DNA of 64,000 nucleotides from an uncultured Eubacteriales bacterium (GCA_934446365.1 CAKSDZ010000002.1:37751-101750); one strand, 5' to 3'; positions 36,191 through 52,319 are shown, numbered from the stretch's first letter. Program-made: numbers and translations. The notes: generated by a model from the letters alone, not told the origin.

Positions 36191-37396
36191 TTATGCGATG
36201 ATTTCGGAAACGACACCGGATCCGACTGTTCTGCCGCCCTCACGGATAGCAAAACGAAGTCCCTGCTCGATGGCGATAGGAGTAATAAGCTCAACGGTCA
36301 TATCGACATTGTCGCCGGGGCGGCACATCTCGACACCGTCGGGAAGCTCGATAACGCCTGTAACGTCTGTCGTTCTGAAATAGAACTGCGGTCTGTAACC
36401 GGCAAGGAACGGTTTCTTACGTCCGCCTTCTTTTTCGGTCAGCACGTAAACGTGTCCTTTGAATTTGGTGTGCGGATGGATCGTGCCGGGCTTGCAGAGA
36501 ACCTGACCTCTTTCGATTTCGTCCTTCTGAATGCCGCGCAGAAGCGCGCCGATGTTGTCGCCCGCCTCAGCCTGATCGAGAAGCTTCTTGAACATCTCGA
36601 CACCGGTAACGGTGGTTTTCTTTCTCTCCTCGGTAAGACCGATGATTTCAACTTCGTCGCCGACCTTGACCGTACCTCTCTCAACTCTACCCGTTGCAAC
36701 CGTACCACGGCCTGTGATGGAGAACACGTCCTCAACCGGCATCAGGAACGGCAGATCGGATTTTCTGTCGGGAGTCGGGATATAGCTGTCAACGGCATCC
36801 ATAAGCTCAAGAATGCACTTGTACTCGGGAGCGTTGATATCCTTGCTTGCGGATTCAAGCGCTTCTCTTGCGGAGCCGCGGATGATAGGCGTATCGTCGC
36901 CAGGGAAATCGTACTGAGAAAGCAGGTCGCGGACATCCATCTCGACGAGTTCGAGAAGCTCTTCGTCGTCAACGAGGTCGCATTTGTTCAGGAACACAAC
37001 GATAGCCGGAACGCCGACCTGACGGGCGAGCAGAACGTGCTCGCGGGTCTGCTGCAGCGGACCGTCGGAAGCTGCGACGACCAGGATCGCGCCGTCCATC
37101 TGAGCGGCACCGGTGATCATGTTCTTAACGTAGTCGGCGTGTCCGGGGCAGTCCACGTGCGCATAGTGGCGGGAATCCGTCTCATACTCAACGTGTCTTG
37201 TGTTGATTGTAATACCACGGGCTCTCTCTTCGGGAGCATTGTCGATCTGATCATAAGCGAGGAATTCGACGTTGCCGTTCTTCAGAGAAAGTGTTTTGGT
37301 GATGGCAGCGGTAAGAGTTGTCTTGCCGTGGTCAACGTGACCGATTGTACCAATGTTAACATGGGGTTTTGTTCTTTCGAATTTAGCCTTTGCCAT
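36191..37396 (-). CDS. tuf: elongation factor Tu
   Basis: [33 protein letters not shown]... Confidence 0.97.
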   Translation of the reverse strand: MAKAKFERTKPHVNIGTIGHVDHGKTTLTAAITKTLSLKNGNVEFLAYDQIDNAPEERARGITINTRHVEYETDSRHYAHVDCPGHADYVKNMITGAAQMDGAILVVAASDGPLQQTREHVLLARQVGVPAIVVFLNKCDLVDDEELLELVEMDVRDLLSQYDFPGDDTPIIRGSAREALESASKDINAPEYKCILELMDAVDSYIPTPDRKSDLPFLMPVEDVFSITGRGTVATGRVERGTVKVGDEVEIIGLTEERKKTTVTGVEMFKKLLDQAEAGDNIGALLRGIQKDEIERGQVLCKPGTIHPHTKFKGHVYVLTEKEGGRKKPFLAGYRPQFYFRTTDVTGVIELPDGVEMCRPGDNVDMTVELITPIAIEQGLRFAIREGGRTVGSGVVSEIIA

Positions 37397-37481
37397 TGAA
37401 ATTTTCCTCCTTGATTTGCGAATGTATCGCTATATTTTTATTTTTCTTGGTTACCTCAATCCGGCGTACCGGAGTTGATTC

Positions 37482-39560
37482 TTATTTTGCGGCCTTGCCC
37501 GCAATGATCTCCGCCGCAATGTTCTTCGGAACCTCTGCGAAGTGGCTCGGTTCCATCGAATACTGACCGCGTCCCTGTGTTTTGGAACGGAGATCCGTCG
37601 CATAGCCGAACATATTGGAAAGCGGAATCATAGCGGTGATCTGCTGTGCGCCCGCAATCGGCTCCATCGACTGAATCTGACCGCGTCTGGAGTTGATATC
37701 TCCCATGACGTCGCCCATATAATCGTCCGGCGTGATGACGACGACTTTCATAATCGGCTCGGTGAGAATCGGATTCGCTCTTCTCATCGCATTCTTAAAC
37801 GCCATGGAACCGGCGATCTTGAATGCCATTTCAGAGGAGTCGACCTCGTGATAAGAACCGTCGTAAAGTGTGACCTTTACGTCGACGACATTATAGCCCG
37901 CGAGAACACCCGCCTGCATCGCGCCCTGAATACCGGCATCGACAGCGGGAATATATTCCTTCGGGATCGCACCGCCGACCACCTTGTTGATGAACTCATA
38001 GCCCTTGCCGGGTTCATTGGGTTCGATTGTGATCTTGACGTGACCGTACTGGCCCTTACCGCCGGACTGACGTGCATACTTGCAGTCTTCGCTTTCCGCC
38101 TTGGTGATGGTTTCCTTATAGGATACCTGCGGCTTGCCGACGTTGGCCTCGACCTTGAACTCGCGCAGAAGTCTGTCCACGATGATTTCAAGATGAAGCT
38201 CGCCCATACCGGCAATGATGGTTTGTCCCGTTTCCTCATCGGTATAAGCGCGGAACGTCGGATCCTCCTCCGCCAGCTTTGCAAGGGCAATGCCCATCTT
38301 TTCCTGACCGGATTTGGTCTTAGGCTCGATGGCGACCTTGATAACCGGCTCCGGGAATTCCATCGATTCCAGCTGAATCGGATGCTTCTCGTCGCAGAGC
38401 GTATCGCCCGTGGTCGTATTCTTCGTTCCGACAACGGCCGCGATATCGCCGGCGTAAACCTTATCGATATCCTTTCTCTCGTTGGCGTGCATCTGCAAAA
38501 TACGGCCGAAGCGTTCTCTCTGGCCCTTTTCGGTATTGAGAGCGGTTTCACCCGCCGCAATGCTTCCGGAATATACGCGGAAGAAGCAGAGCTTGCCGAC
38601 ATACGGGTCTGTCATAATCTTAAAAGCAAGAGCGGCGAACGGCGCGTCGTCGGAGGAAGGTCTCTCCTCCTCTTCGTCCGTTTCCGGATTGATTCCCTTG
38701 ATATGAGGAACATCCGTCGGCGCAGGCATATAGTCCACGATGGCGTCGAGAAGCTTCTGAACGCCCTTGTTTCTGTAAGAGGTTCCGCAGACGACGGGAA
38801 CGATTTTATTCTCGATCGTCGCGGTTCTGAGCGCCTTTTTCAGCTCGTCGGCGGCAATCTCCTCACCACCGCAGTATTTCTCGAACAGCGCCTCATCCGT
38901 TTCGGCGATGGATTCGATCATCTGCTGTCTGTATTCCTCGGCGAGATCTTTCATATCGTCGGGAATGGGTTCCACACGGATGTCCTTGCCGAGATCGTCA
39001 TAATAGATGTCGGCCTCCATATTGATCAGGTCAACAATACCGCGGAAGGTATCCTCCTTGCCCACCGGAAGCTGGATCGGCACAGGATTTGCTTTGAGGC
39101 GTTCCTTGATCATTTTCACCACGCGGTAGAAATCCGCGCCCGTGATGTCCATCTTGTTGACATAAGCCATTCTCGGGACGTGATACTTGTCAGCCTGACG
39201 CCATACGGTTTCAGACTGCGGCTCCACGCCGCCCTTGGCGCAAAGAACCGTAACCGCTCCGTCAAGCACGCGAAGCGAACGCTCCACCTCTACCGTGAAA
39301 TCCACGTGTCCGGGCGTATCGATGATGTTGATACGGTTTCCCTTCCAAAAGCATGTCGTCGCGGCGGAGGTGATGGTGATACCTCTTTCCTGTTCCTGCT
39401 CCATCCAGTCCATTGTCGCGGCGCCGTCATGGACTTCGCCGAGCTTATGGGTCTTTCCGGTATAGAAAAGGATTCTTTCCGTTGTCGTTGTTTTTCCCGC
39501 ATCAATATGAGCCATAATACCGATATTACGCGTATTTTCAAGCGAGTATTCTCTACCCAT
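37482..39560 (-). CDS. fusA: elongation factor G
   Basis: [24 protein letters not shown]...[13 protein letters not shown]. Confidence 0.97.
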   Translation of the reverse strand: MGREYSLENTRNIGIMAHIDAGKTTTTERILFYTGKTHKLGEVHDGAATMDWMEQEQERGITITSAATTCFWKGNRINIIDTPGHVDFTVEVERSLRVLDGAVTVLCAKGGVEPQSETVWRQADKYHVPRMAYVNKMDITGADFYRVVKMIKERLKANPVPIQLPVGKEDTFRGIVDLINMEADIYYDDLGKDIRVEPIPDDMKDLAEEYRQQMIESIAETDEALFEKYCGGEEIAADELKKALRTATIENKIVPVVCGTSYRNKGVQKLLDAIVDYMPAPTDVPHIKGINPETDEEEERPSSDDAPFAALAFKIMTDPYVGKLCFFRVYSGSIAAGETALNTEKGQRERFGRILQMHANERKDIDKVYAGDIAAVVGTKNTTTGDTLCDEKHPIQLESMEFPEPVIKVAIEPKTKSGQEKMGIALAKLAEEDPTFRAYTDEETGQTIIAGMGELHLEIIVDRLLREFKVEANVGKPQVSYKETITKAESEDCKYARQSGGKGQYGHVKITIEPNEPGKGYEFINKVVGGAIPKEYIPAVDAGIQGAMQAGVLAGYNVVDVKVTLYDGSYHEVDSSEMAFKIAGSMAFKNAMRRANPILTEPIMKVVVITPDDYMGDVMGDINSRRGQIQSMEPIAGAQQITAMIPLSNMFGYATDLRSKTQGRGQYSMEPSHFAEVPKNIAAEIIAGKAAK

Positions 39561-39620
39561 ATTTTTGCTCCTTAAAATTTTATATACATGGAATCACAAG
39601 ATGTGAGCGATATTGAAAAA

Positions 39621-40091
39621 TCAATATCTGAAATGCGCGAAAGCTCTGTTGGCTTCGGCCATCTTGTGCGTTTCTTCTTTCTTCTTCACCGCGGCGCCGG
39701 TATTTCCGAGCGCATCGATGATTTCGGCAGAAAGTCTTTCCGACATCGTCTTCTCGCCGCGTTTTCTCGCATAGAGAACGAGCCAGCGAAGTCCGAGCGT
39801 CTGTCTTCTTTCGGCACGGACCTCCATCGGGACCTGATAGGTCGAGCCGCCGAGACGGCGAGCCTTGACCTCAAGCACCGGCATGATGTTATCAAGAGCC
39901 TGCTGGAATGCTTCCAAAGCGGGTTTTCCCGTCTTGGCTTCCACGGTTGCGAACGCGTCATAAACGATCTTCTGCGCGACGCCTTTTTTGCCGTCCAGCA
40001 TGACGTTGTTGATAAGCTTTGTAACAAGCTTGGAATTATAAAGCGGATCCGGCAGCACATCTCTCTTGGAAATTTGACCTCTTCTTGGCAC
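39621..40091 (-). CDS. rpsG: 30S ribosomal protein S7
   Basis: GTG start at 40091 preceded by AAGGAGGG. The product is (M)[27 protein letters not shown]... Confidence 0.95.
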   Translation of the reverse strand: MPRRGQISKRDVLPDPLYNSKLVTKLINNVMLDGKKGVAQKIVYDAFATVEAKTGKPALEAFQQALDNIMPVLEVKARRLGGSTYQVPMEVRAERRQTLGLRWLVLYARKRGEKTMSERLSAEIIDALGNTGAAVKKKEETHKMAEANRAFAHFRY

Positions 40092-40266
40092 TGTTATTCC
40101 CTCCTTCATTAAAATTTCATGATATCATAGGTACTCGAAAGTTTCCTCCCGATCGTGCGATGCTCCGTTTTCAAAGATGGTTCCATCCCGCAAAGGATAT
40201 AAACAAAATATCTGTAAAAATGGAATCACATGCGATCAGAATGCTAAAATACCTCGTCCGACAGGA

Positions 40267-40689
40267 TTATTTGCCGGCTTTTTTGCCGCGCTTCGCGCCG
40301 TACAGAGAACGTCCCTGCTTGCGGTTGGCGACGCCCTGCGTATCGAGCGTACCACGGATGATGTGATAACGCACACCAGGCAGGTCACGCACTCTTCCGC
40401 CGCGGATCAGTACGACAGAGTGTTCCTGAAGATTGTGTCCGATACCGGGAATGTAGCAGATCGCTTCCATTCCGTTGGTGAACTTCACCTTGGCAACCTT
40501 ACGAAGAGCGGAGTTCGGCTTTTTCGGCGTCGTGGTGTAGACCTTCGTGCAAACCCCTCTCTTCTGAGGAGAGCTGAGATCCGTCTGAGACTTCGTAAGC
40601 GAGTTGAAGCCTTTCTGAAGGACAGGTGCTTTGGATTTGTACTCCTTCTTCTCACGGCCGTTGCGAACGAGCTGATTGAATGTTGGCAT
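40267..40689 (-). CDS. rpsL: 30S ribosomal protein S12
   Basis: [14 protein letters not shown]...[15 protein letters not shown]...[18 protein letters not shown]. Confidence 0.95.
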   Translation of the reverse strand: MPTFNQLVRNGREKKEYKSKAPVLQKGFNSLTKSQTDLSSPQKRGVCTKVYTTTPKKPNSALRKVAKVKFTNGMEAICYIPGIGHNLQEHSVVLIRGGRVRDLPGVRYHIIRGTLDTQGVANRKQGRSLYGAKRGKKAGK

Positions 40690-40766
40690 GTTAAACCTCC
40701 TTTTTTCAGAATCAATATTTGTTTATATATACCACCGAAAATCCTTGCGGAGCCCGGTTGTATCCG

Positions 40767-41009
40767 TTATTTCAGGACGACGCACACGGCGCAGTCCACA
40801 TCGATGCCGCACATTTTGCCAAGCTCGGTTTTTGTGCGGGTAAGATCGAGCGCAATGCCGCAGTCGCGGCAAAGCTCCGTCACGGCGGAAATGATTTTTC
40901 CCTCGGCGTCGGACGCCACGAAAGCCGTTTTCGCCGTTCCTCCTTTGATATGTTTTTTTGATTGGTTCAGGCCTGCGACTACCACAGGCACGGGACTGTC
41001 GGATGACAT
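40767..41009 (-). CDS. ybxF: L7Ae-family ribosome-associated protein (YbxF-like)
   Basis: 80 aa from the internal ATG. LGKMCGIDVDCAVCVVL matches the B. subtilis YbxF C-terminus. The position between rpoC and rpsL is the same as in Bacillus. Confidence 0.7.
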   Translation of the reverse strand: MSSDSPVPVVVAGLNQSKKHIKGGTAKTAFVASDAEGKIISAVTELCRDCGIALDLTRTKTELGKMCGIDVDCAVCVVLK

Positions 41010-41095
41010 TTTAATCAAAAATCCTTTCAAAAAATTATGCGTCCGATATGCGAAACCATATAAAGACAGCATTTTAGCATATAAAGCTATCCTAT

Positions 41096-41124
41096 ATAAT
41101 ATCACCAAAACCTGCCCTTGTCAA
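41096..41124 (-). promoter_or_regulatory. sigma-A-type promoter for ybxF-rpsL-rpsG-fusA-tuf
   Basis: On the minus strand: TTGACA (41124-41119), 17-nt spacer, TATTAT (41101-41096). Confidence 0.5.
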
Positions 41125-41242
41125 CGGAATTATCAAAAATTTCGCAAAAAATCCATGAATTATTTGATATTCGGAGCCGATTCTGCCGTCACAGATGCGG
41201 CAATCCATGCTCATTTCGGGAAATTTCATAAATGCGGCCGAT

Positions 41243-41282
41243 AAAAACAACGCGAAGCCCGCAGGCATTTGCCTGCGGGCTT
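41243..41282 (-). terminator. hairpin terminator after rpoC
   Basis: AAGCCCGCAGGC-(AAAT)-GCCTGCGGGCTT, a 12-bp stem. On the minus strand the T5 run is offset by 7 nt. The plus-strand side has ATATTTTTT. Confidence 0.55.
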
Positions 41283-41325
41283 ATATTTTTTCTTTCCAGC
41301 GCCGATACGCGCCGTTCCGGCTTTA

Positions 41326-44883
<3,558 letters not shown>

Positions 44884-44900
44884 CTTTCTCTCCCCCTAAA

Positions 44901-47900
44901 TTATTCTTCATCGAAGTCCGCGTCGTCGTCTATGCCGTCAAGCTCAAACTCATCCTCGGAATCGGAGAAATCTTCCTCGATCTCATCCTCGTCGACAAGT
45001 GTATAATGGTCCTCGTCGCCCTCTTCCAGCACCGCGGGTCCGACATCCTCCGCCGTTACGAAGCCGCCCTTGCTGTCGTCGGCAAATTCCTCGCCGATCT
45101 GAGAAAGCTCGATTTCCTCGCCGTTTTCATCGAGGACACGGATATCGAGCGCCAAAGATTGAAGCTCCTTGACCAGCACACGGAACGATTCCGGAACGCC
45201 CGGCGTCGGAATGTTCTGTCCCTTGACGATCGCCTCATAGGTCTTGACACGTCCGGTCACGTCGTCCGACTTGACCGTCAGAATTTCTTGAAGCGTATAA
45301 GCCGCGCCATAAGCTTCGAGCGCCCAAACCTCCATCTCACCGAAGCGCTGTCCGCCGAACTGCGCCTTGCCGCCGAGCGGCTGCTGGGTGACAAGCGAAT
45401 ACGGACCGACGCTTCTCGCGTGAATCTTGTCGTCGACAAGGTGATGGAGTTTGAGATAATACATGATTCCGACCGTGACAGGGTTGTCGAACGCCTCGCC
45501 CGTGCGGCCATCGTAAAGAATCCGTTTTCCGTCGACGGTTTTCAGCTTCTTGGCGGCAATCTTTTCCGCCACCCAAGCCTTGTTGGAGAGCTTATCCTCC
45601 CCGACCTGCTCGTAGCGGCGCTCGCCGGTCGCCTCATCGACGATCTCCTCATAAAATTTCTTATTCGTGAGAGAATCGCTCGGAAGCACCTCACGGTAAA
45701 GCCCTGCCTCCGTCATCATTTCGGTGATGTCGCTCTCCTTCGCGCCGTCGAACGCGGGCGTCATGACTTTCATGCCGAGGCGTTTCGCGGCGATGCCGAG
45801 ATGCACCTCGAGCACCTGCCCGATATTCATTCGGGACGGAACGCCGAGCGGATTGAGCACGATGTCGAGCGGGGTGCCGTCCTCGAGGAACGGCATATCC
45901 TCCGGGGGAAGGATACGCGACACGACACCTTTGTTTCCGTGACGTCCCGCCATCTTATCTCCGACGGAGATTTTGCGCTTCTGCGCGATATAAACGCGGA
46001 CGGATTTGTTGACGCCCGGCGCCAGCTCATCGGAATTCTCGCGCGAGAACACGCGCACGTCGACGACAATACCGGATTCGCCGTGCGGCAGCCGCATGGA
46101 GGTGTCGCGCACCTCTCTCGCCTTTTCGCCGAAGATTGCACGCAGGAGGCGTTCCTCCGCGGTCAGCTCCGTCTCGCCTTTCGGCGTGACCTTGCCGACG
46201 AGGATATCGCCCGCGTGTACCTCGGTACCGTTGCGGATGATTCCGTTTTCATCGAGGTCTTTCAGCGCATCGTCGCCGCAGTTCGGAATCTCGCGGGTGA
46301 TTTCCTCCGGCCCGAGCTTGGTATCCCTCGCTTCGAGGGTATATTCTTCTATATGAATGGAAGTGTAAACGTCGTTGCGGACGAGGTTTTCATTGAGAAG
46401 GACCGCATCCTCATAGTTATAGCCCTCCCACGTCATGAAGCCGATGAGCGCGTTCTTGCCGAGCGCAATCTCACCATCCGACGTCGCGGGGCCGTCGGCA
46501 ATGACGTCGCCCTTCTCCACGCGGTCGCCCACATTCACGATGGGACGCTGATTGATGCACGTTCCCTGATTGGAACGCTTGAATTTGAGAAGCTCATAGG
46601 TGTGATTGCGTCCGGAATCCTCCGCAACAACCACTTTGTCCGCCGTCACGGTTTTGACATAGCCGGCTTCCTTTGCAAGCACACAAACGCCGGAATCGAT
46701 TGCCGCCTTGTATTCCATGCCGGTTCCGACAATCGGAGAATCCGTCATGAGCAGCGGCACCGCCTGCTTCTGCATGTTGGAGCCCATGAGCGCACGGGAG
46801 TTGTCGTCGTTTTCAAGGAACGGGATGAAGCCCGTCGCCACGGAAATGACCATTTTCGGAGAAACGTCGATATAATCGACCGCAGAGGCGTCCACCTCGA
46901 CAATCTCGGCACGGTCACGCGCCAGGACTCTCTTGTTGACAAAATGTCCGTTCTCGTCGATCGGCTCATTCGCCTGTGCGACGATATAATTGTCCTCCAT
47001 GTCGGCGGTCATATATTCGACGACGTCGGTTACCCGTCCGGTCGTCTTGTCGATCTTGCGGTAAGGCGCCTCAATGAAGCCGTAATCGTTGATTTTCGCA
47101 TAAGTTGCGAGATATGAGATCAGACCGATGTTCGGTCCCTCCGGCGTCTCGATCGGGCAAATGCGTCCGTAATGCGTATAGTGTACGTCGCGCACCTCGA
47201 ACGATGCGCGGTCGCGGGAAAGACCGCCCGGACCAAGTGCGGAGAGACGGCGCTTGTGCGTCAGCTCCGCCAAGGGATTGTTCTGATCCATGAACGAGGA
47301 AAGCGGCGAGGAGCCGAAGAACTCGCGGATTGCCGCGACGACCGGACGGATGTTGATGAGCGCCTGCGGCGTCAGAGAATCGACGTCCTGAATCGTCATT
47401 CTTTCCTTAATGATTTTATCCATGCGGGAAAAGCCGATGCGCAGCTGATTCTGAATCAGCTCGCCCACGGCGCGGATTCTTCTGTTCCCGAGATGGTCGA
47501 TATCGTCCGCCGTGCCGATTCCGTGCGACAGACAGATAAGATAGTTGATGGAAGCGTAAATATCGTCTTTTGTAATATGCTTCGGGGAAAGCTCCGCGGC
47601 TCTTTCCTTCGCCGCCGCTTTCAGCGCGTCGAAATCGCCGCCCGCCGCTTCCAGCATCTCGAGAAGCAGGCTGAGCTTTACTTTTTCATAGATGCCGACC
47701 TCGGTAAGATCGCAGCCGATGACCTTTTTGGGGTCCACCATGCCGTTTCCGAAAACCTTGGTTTCCGTTTCCTCACCGATATAGACATATGCCTCGTTCA
47801 CGCCGGCGTCCTCGATGGAAACCGCCTCGTCAAAGGTAAGCGTTTTTCCCGCCTCAAACAGGATTTCGCCGGTAATCGGGCTGATAACCGGACGGGAAAG

Positions 47901-48800
47901 CGTCCTGCCGGAAAGCCTGCGGCCGAGCGCGACCTTTTTGTCGAACTTGTATCTTCCGACGGAACCGAGGTCATAGCGCTTGGGATCAAAGAAAAGGTTG
48001 TTGAGCAGAATCTGCGCGGATTCGACGAGCGGCGGCTCGCCGGGACGCAGCTTCTTATAGATTTCCTTCAAGGATTCCTCATAAGCGGTCGTGCCGTTCT
48101 TTTCAGCCTCCGCCTGCATGCCGTCTTTTTCAAGCGTCGTCGTGATTTTCACGTCGTCGCCGAACAGCGCGCGCACGTCGGTCGAGGTGGAAACGGATTC
48201 CTCAAGGGCACGGATGAGAACCGTCACGGGGATTTTGCGGTTCTTGTCGATGCGGACATAGAAGACGTCGTTCATGTCCGTCTCATATTCGAGCCATGCG
48301 CCGCGGTAAGGGATAATCTGCGCCGTGAGCATGCACTTCCCGGCTTTGTCCATCGCCGCCGTATAATACATGCCGGGAGAGCGGACGAGCTGCGATACGA
48401 CGACACGCTCCGCGCCGTTGATCACAAAGGTGCCGTTTTCCGTCATCAGCGGGAAATCTCCCATAAAGATATCCTGCTGCTTCACCTCTCCTGTGGCCTT
48501 GTTTGTAAGACGCACCGTTACGCGCAGAGGAGCGGCATAGGTCACATCGCGTTCCTTGCACTCCTCGACGGGGTATTTCGGCGTCTGATCGATGGAAAAG
48601 TCCACGAACTCGATCACGAGATTTCCGGAATAGTCGACGATCGGGGAAACATCCTGCAATACCTCGGATATTCCTCGTTCGACAAGCCATTTGTACGACT
48701 TTTTCTGAATCTCGAGCAGATCCGGCATCTCCAAAATCTCGTCGATTTTGGCGAAGCTCATACGCACGTTTTTGCCAAGCTGCTGGGGTTTGATCCTCAT
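44901..48800 (-). CDS. rpoB: DNA-directed RNA polymerase subunit beta (with acidic C-terminal tail)
   Basis: 1299 aa with conserved RpoB blocks ([33 protein letters not shown]). The tail ends ...[30 protein letters not shown]. Confidence 0.97.
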   Translation of the reverse strand: MRIKPQQLGKNVRMSFAKIDEILEMPDLLEIQKKSYKWLVERGISEVLQDVSPIVDYSGNLVIEFVDFSIDQTPKYPVEECKERDVTYAAPLRVTVRLTNKATGEVKQQDIFMGDFPLMTENGTFVINGAERVVVSQLVRSPGMYYTAAMDKAGKCMLTAQIIPYRGAWLEYETDMNDVFYVRIDKNRKIPVTVLIRALEESVSTSTDVRALFGDDVKITTTLEKDGMQAEAEKNGTTAYEESLKEIYKKLRPGEPPLVESAQILLNNLFFDPKRYDLGSVGRYKFDKKVALGRRLSGRTLSRPVISPITGEILFEAGKTLTFDEAVSIEDAGVNEAYVYIGEETETKVFGNGMVDPKKVIGCDLTEVGIYEKVKLSLLLEMLEAAGGDFDALKAAAKERAAELSPKHITKDDIYASINYLICLSHGIGTADDIDHLGNRRIRAVGELIQNQLRIGFSRMDKIIKERMTIQDVDSLTPQALINIRPVVAAIREFFGSSPLSSFMDQNNPLAELTHKRRLSALGPGGLSRDRASFEVRDVHYTHYGRICPIETPEGPNIGLISYLATYAKINDYGFIEAPYRKIDKTTGRVTDVVEYMTADMEDNYIVAQANEPIDENGHFVNKRVLARDRAEIVEVDASAVDYIDVSPKMVISVATGFIPFLENDDNSRALMGSNMQKQAVPLLMTDSPIVGTGMEYKAAIDSGVCVLAKEAGYVKTVTADKVVVAEDSGRNHTYELLKFKRSNQGTCINQRPIVNVGDRVEKGDVIADGPATSDGEIALGKNALIGFMTWEGYNYEDAVLLNENLVRNDVYTSIHIEEYTLEARDTKLGPEEITREIPNCGDDALKDLDENGIIRNGTEVHAGDILVGKVTPKGETELTAEERLLRAIFGEKAREVRDTSMRLPHGESGIVVDVRVFSRENSDELAPGVNKSVRVYIAQKRKISVGDKMAGRHGNKGVVSRILPPEDMPFLEDGTPLDIVLNPLGVPSRMNIGQVLEVHLGIAAKRLGMKVMTPAFDGAKESDITEMMTEAGLYREVLPSDSLTNKKFYEEIVDEATGERRYEQVGEDKLSNKAWVAEKIAAKKLKTVDGKRILYDGRTGEAFDNPVTVGIMYYLKLHHLVDDKIHARSVGPYSLVTQQPLGGKAQFGGQRFGEMEVWALEAYGAAYTLQEILTVKSDDVTGRVKTYEAIVKGQNIPTPGVPESFRVLVKELQSLALDIRVLDENGEEIELSQIGEEFADDSKGGFVTAEDVGPAVLEEGDEDHYTLVDEDEIEEDFSDSEDEFELDGIDDDADFDEE

Positions 48801-48961
48801 AAAATCACTCCAATTCTAATTTAAGCTTGCCTTTACTTTGGTAAATATATGATATTTTTCCACAGCCTGCAATACTGTCATTCAAAAACGGCAAAAAGCC
48901 CGACGGGACGGCGCTTCTCCAAAAAATAACAATAATACAAGCGATTGTAATGCAATTTACA

Positions 48962-48990
48962 AGTATAGCACCGAAAAGTCAAGTTGTCAA
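48962..48990 (-). promoter_or_regulatory. sigma-A-type promoter upstream of rpoB
   Basis: On the minus strand: TTGACA (48990-48985), 17-nt spacer, TATACT (48967-48962). The leader is about 160 nt. Confidence 0.5.
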
Positions 48991-49019
48991 TAACTTTTTG
49001 TCGTTTTTTTCAAATAATA

Positions 49020-49048
49020 TTGACTTTTTTATGCAACACTAATATAAT
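49020..49048 (+). promoter_or_regulatory. sigma-A-type promoter upstream of alaS
   Basis: TTGACT (49020-49025), 17-nt spacer, TATAAT (49043-49048). Confidence 0.55.
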
Positions 49049-49113
49049 TATTTTAAATAGACGGGAAATCACCCCCAAAATTCAGATTCGTCAAATCAAA
49101 AGGAAGAAAAATC

Positions 49114-51744
49114 ATGGAATGGACATCGCTCAACGACCTGCGCGAGAAATTTCTCAGTTTCTTTGAATCCAAAGGACATCTCAGCCGCAGAAGCTATTCC
49201 CTTGTGCCGGAAAACGACAAATCACTGCTGCTCATTGTCGCGGGAATGGCGCCGCTCAAAAAATACTTTACCGGAGAGCTTGAACCGCCCTGCCACAGAA
49301 TGGCGACCTGCCAAAAGTGCATCCGCACGAACGACATCGAGCATGTCGGTTATACCGCGCGTCACGGAACCTTTTTTGAAATGCTCGGCAATTTCTCTTT
49401 CGGCGATTATTTTAAGGAAGAAGCCCTGACATGGGCATGGGAATTTCTGACGGAAGTGCTGGAAATCCCGTCGGATCTGCTGTGGCCCTCCGTATATGAG
49501 GAAGACGAGGAGGCATACAGCATTTGGCGCGATAAAATCGGCGTGCGCGAGGATCATATCGTGCGTCTCGGCAAGGAGGACAACTTCTGGGAGCACGGAC
49601 AAGGTCCCTGCGGCCCCTGCTCCGAAATCTACTTCGACCGCGGCGAGAAATACGGCTGCGGCAGTCCCGACTGCCGCCCCGGCTGTGACTGCGACCGCTA
49701 TATGGAGATTTGGAACAACGTGTTCTCTCAGTTCAATAACGACGGCAACGGCAACTATACCGAGCTTGCGCATAAAAACATCGATACCGGCATGGGACTC
49801 GAACGACTTGCCTGCGTCATGCAGGGCGTCGACAACATGTTCGAGGTCGATACCATTCAGAATATCATCGGAGCAATCAGCAAAAAAGCCGGAATCGCCT
49901 ACAAAGCGAACGAAAAAGCGGACGTATCCCTGCGGATTATCGCGGATCACGCGCGCGCTTCGGCATTCCTTATCGCGGACGGCGTCATGCCCTCCAACGA
50001 GGGACGCGGCTACGTTCTGCGCCGGCTCTTGCGCCGCGCCTGCCGCCACGGCAGGATTCTCGGAATCAAGGGCGCTTTCCTCTATGACATCATGGCGGTC
50101 GTCGCGCATGAAAACACGCTTCCCTATCCGGAGCTCACCGAAAAGTTAGACTACATTCAGAAAATCGTGCGCATGGAGGAGGACCGCTTCAATGCGACGG
50201 TCGAGGCCGGCACCAATCTGCTCGAAGGACTCATGACGGCAGCCAAGGCCGCGGGGAGCAAAATCCTATCCGGCGCGGACGTGTTCCGTCTCTCCGACAC
50301 GTTCGGCTTCCCGCTCGACCTCACGCGCGAAATCGCGGGAGAAAACGGACTGGATATCGACGAGGGCGGCTTTGAGGAAAAGCTCGCAGAGCAAAAAGAA
50401 CGCGCACGCGCCGCGCGCGGCACCATCAGCGGCTGGGACGACAGCATGAAATCGCTTGTCGATACCGCCGTCAAAACCGAATTTGTCGGTTATACGGAGC
50501 TTACGGCAGAGGGCAAAATCCTCTCCATTATCGACGGCGAATCGGACGAGCTCTGCGATATCACGGGCGAGACCGCCGTCATCATCACGGACCGCACGCC
50601 CTTCTACGGCGAAGGCGGCGGACAGGTCGGCGACAGCGGTGTCATCACGGGACAAAACGGCTACGCCATCGTCACCGACACCAAAAAGACGGACGGCGTC
50701 TATATGCATGTCTGCAAAATCGAATCCGGTTCCCTCTCCGTCGGCGACCGTGTGACGCTCACGGTGGATGCCTCGCGCCGCGCCGCGGTCGCCCGCAACC
50801 ACTCCGCCGTTCACCTGCTCGACGCCGCGCTGCGCGATGTGCTCGGCACGCACATCAGGCAGGCGGGTTCTTATGTCGACGACAAGGAAGCGCGGTTCGA
50901 CTTCACCCATTTCGCCGCGGTCACACCGGAGGAGCTTGCAAGAGTCGAGCTGCTCGTCAACGAAAAAATTCTCGACGGAATCCCGGTATCTACGTTTGAA
51001 ACAGACATAGAAAGCGCGAAAAAATCAGGCGCAATCGCACTTTTCGGCGAAAAATACGGCAGCATCGTGCGCGTCGTCAAGATGGGCGATTTCTCCGCCG
51101 AGCTTTGCGGCGGAACACACGTGGACAATACCGCAAAAATCGGGCTTTTCAAAATCACGATGGAAAGCTCCGTCGCAGCGGGAACGCGCCGCATCACCGC
51201 GGTATCCGGCCTCGGCTCCTACCGGAGAATGATTCAGGAGGAGGCGCTGATTTCCTCAGCGATGAAAACGCTGAAAGCAGGGACCTCCGCCGACGTGCTC
51301 ATCAAAATCGCCGCGCTTACCGACGATTTGAAAACCGTCAGAAAAGAGCTGGATGGCGCCTCCGCTAAGCTGGCTTCCGCAAAAGCGGCCTCCATGCTGG
51401 CTGCGGCGGTCGATGTAAGGGGAATCAAGGTCGCCTCCATGCAGACCGAGCTTCCCGTGCCGGCAGCACGGCTTTTGGGCGACGACCTGAAAGCGCGCTA
51501 TCCCGATATGACGGCCGTCATCGCATCCGATTTTTCGGGCAAGCTTACCTTACTCTGTATCTGCGGCAAAAACGCCGTTGAAAAAGGAGTCAAGGCGCCC
51601 GACGTACTCGCCGGACTTTCCGAGTATGTCGGAGGCGGCGGCGGCGGACGTCCCGACAGCGCGACCGCAGGCGCAAAAAATCCCGAAAAGCTTTCCGAGG
51701 CGTTCGCAGCGCTTCCGGAAATCATAAATAGACTTATCAAATAA
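49114..51744 (+). CDS. alaS: alanine--tRNA ligase
   Basis: 876 aa. LREKFLSFFESKGHLSRRSYSLVP...RHGTFFEMLGNFSFGDYFK, plus the editing-domain HxxxH and CGGTHV motifs. Confidence 0.95.
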   Translation: MEWTSLNDLREKFLSFFESKGHLSRRSYSLVPENDKSLLLIVAGMAPLKKYFTGELEPPCHRMATCQKCIRTNDIEHVGYTARHGTFFEMLGNFSFGDYFKEEALTWAWEFLTEVLEIPSDLLWPSVYEEDEEAYSIWRDKIGVREDHIVRLGKEDNFWEHGQGPCGPCSEIYFDRGEKYGCGSPDCRPGCDCDRYMEIWNNVFSQFNNDGNGNYTELAHKNIDTGMGLERLACVMQGVDNMFEVDTIQNIIGAISKKAGIAYKANEKADVSLRIIADHARASAFLIADGVMPSNEGRGYVLRRLLRRACRHGRILGIKGAFLYDIMAVVAHENTLPYPELTEKLDYIQKIVRMEEDRFNATVEAGTNLLEGLMTAAKAAGSKILSGADVFRLSDTFGFPLDLTREIAGENGLDIDEGGFEEKLAEQKERARAARGTISGWDDSMKSLVDTAVKTEFVGYTELTAEGKILSIIDGESDELCDITGETAVIITDRTPFYGEGGGQVGDSGVITGQNGYAIVTDTKKTDGVYMHVCKIESGSLSVGDRVTLTVDASRRAAVARNHSAVHLLDAALRDVLGTHIRQAGSYVDDKEARFDFTHFAAVTPEELARVELLVNEKILDGIPVSTFETDIESAKKSGAIALFGEKYGSIVRVVKMGDFSAELCGGTHVDNTAKIGLFKITMESSVAAGTRRITAVSGLGSYRRMIQEEALISSAMKTLKAGTSADVLIKIAALTDDLKTVRKELDGASAKLASAKAASMLAAAVDVRGIKVASMQTELPVPAARLLGDDLKARYPDMTAVIASDFSGKLTLLCICGKNAVEKGVKAPDVLAGLSEYVGGGGGGRPDSATAGAKNPEKLSEAFAALPEIINRLIK

Positions 51745-51764
51745 AACGGAAAGGAATCATTACG

Positions 51765-52319
51765 ATGAAACAGAAAAAAGAGAGAACCTTTTGGAAAGAC
51801 TTCAAAAAATTCATCAGCCGCGGAAACGTCGTCGATATGGCCATCGGCGTCGTTGTCGCCACATCGTTCAGCGCAATCGTTTCAAAATTCACGGCGGCTT
51901 TTATCTCCCCGCTTATCGCTCTTCTGACCGACGGAGCAAGCCTTGCCGAGCTGAAATGGGTTGCCAGACCGGAAACGCTTGACGCCGAGGGCAATGTGCT
52001 CGTCGCCGAGGTTTCTTTCGCATGGGGCGCCTTTGTGCAGGCAATCATCGACTTTTTAATCATCGCGCTCGTTCTCTTCATCGTGCTCCGTATAGTCTCG
52101 AAAGCTTCCAGCAAGGCAAAAGAGCTGCGCATCTCCAAGGAAGAAAAAGAAGCGCAGGAAAAAGCGGCTGCGGAAGCCGCCGCCAAAGCGGAAGCGGAAA
52201 AGAAAGCCGCCGAAGAGGCAAGACTTGCCGCCGAAGCGAGAGAGGCGGAAGCTCTTGCGCGTGAAAAGGAGACCGTCGAGCTGCTCCGTGAAATCCGCAA
52301 CTCGCTCGCTTCCAAATAA
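51765..52319 (+). CDS. mscL: large-conductance mechanosensitive channel with extended Ala/Glu/Lys-rich C-terminus
   Basis: FKKFISRGNVVDMAIGVVVATSFSAIVSKFTAAFISPLI is a typical MscL TM1. 184 aa. Confidence 0.85.
   Translation: MKQKKERTFWKDFKKFISRGNVVDMAIGVVVATSFSAIVSKFTAAFISPLIALLTDGASLAELKWVARPETLDAEGNVLVAEVSFAWGAFVQAIIDFLIIALVLFIVLRIVSKASSKAKELRISKEEKEAQEKAAAEAAAKAEAEKKAAEEARLAAEAREAEALAREKETVELLREIRNSLASK

Noticed and set aside
37542-39575. 677-aa plus-strand ORF
   Set aside because: It lies exactly antisense to fusA. Its composition is Arg/Leu/Gly-rich, as is typical of the reverse frame of a codon-biased GC-rich gene, and it has no RBS.
48801-49113. T-box leader upstream of alaS
   Set aside because: I looked for the conserved T-box sequence (AGGGTGGTACCGCG-like) and a terminator. 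Neither is present, and the alaS leader from the predicted promoter is only about 60 nt.
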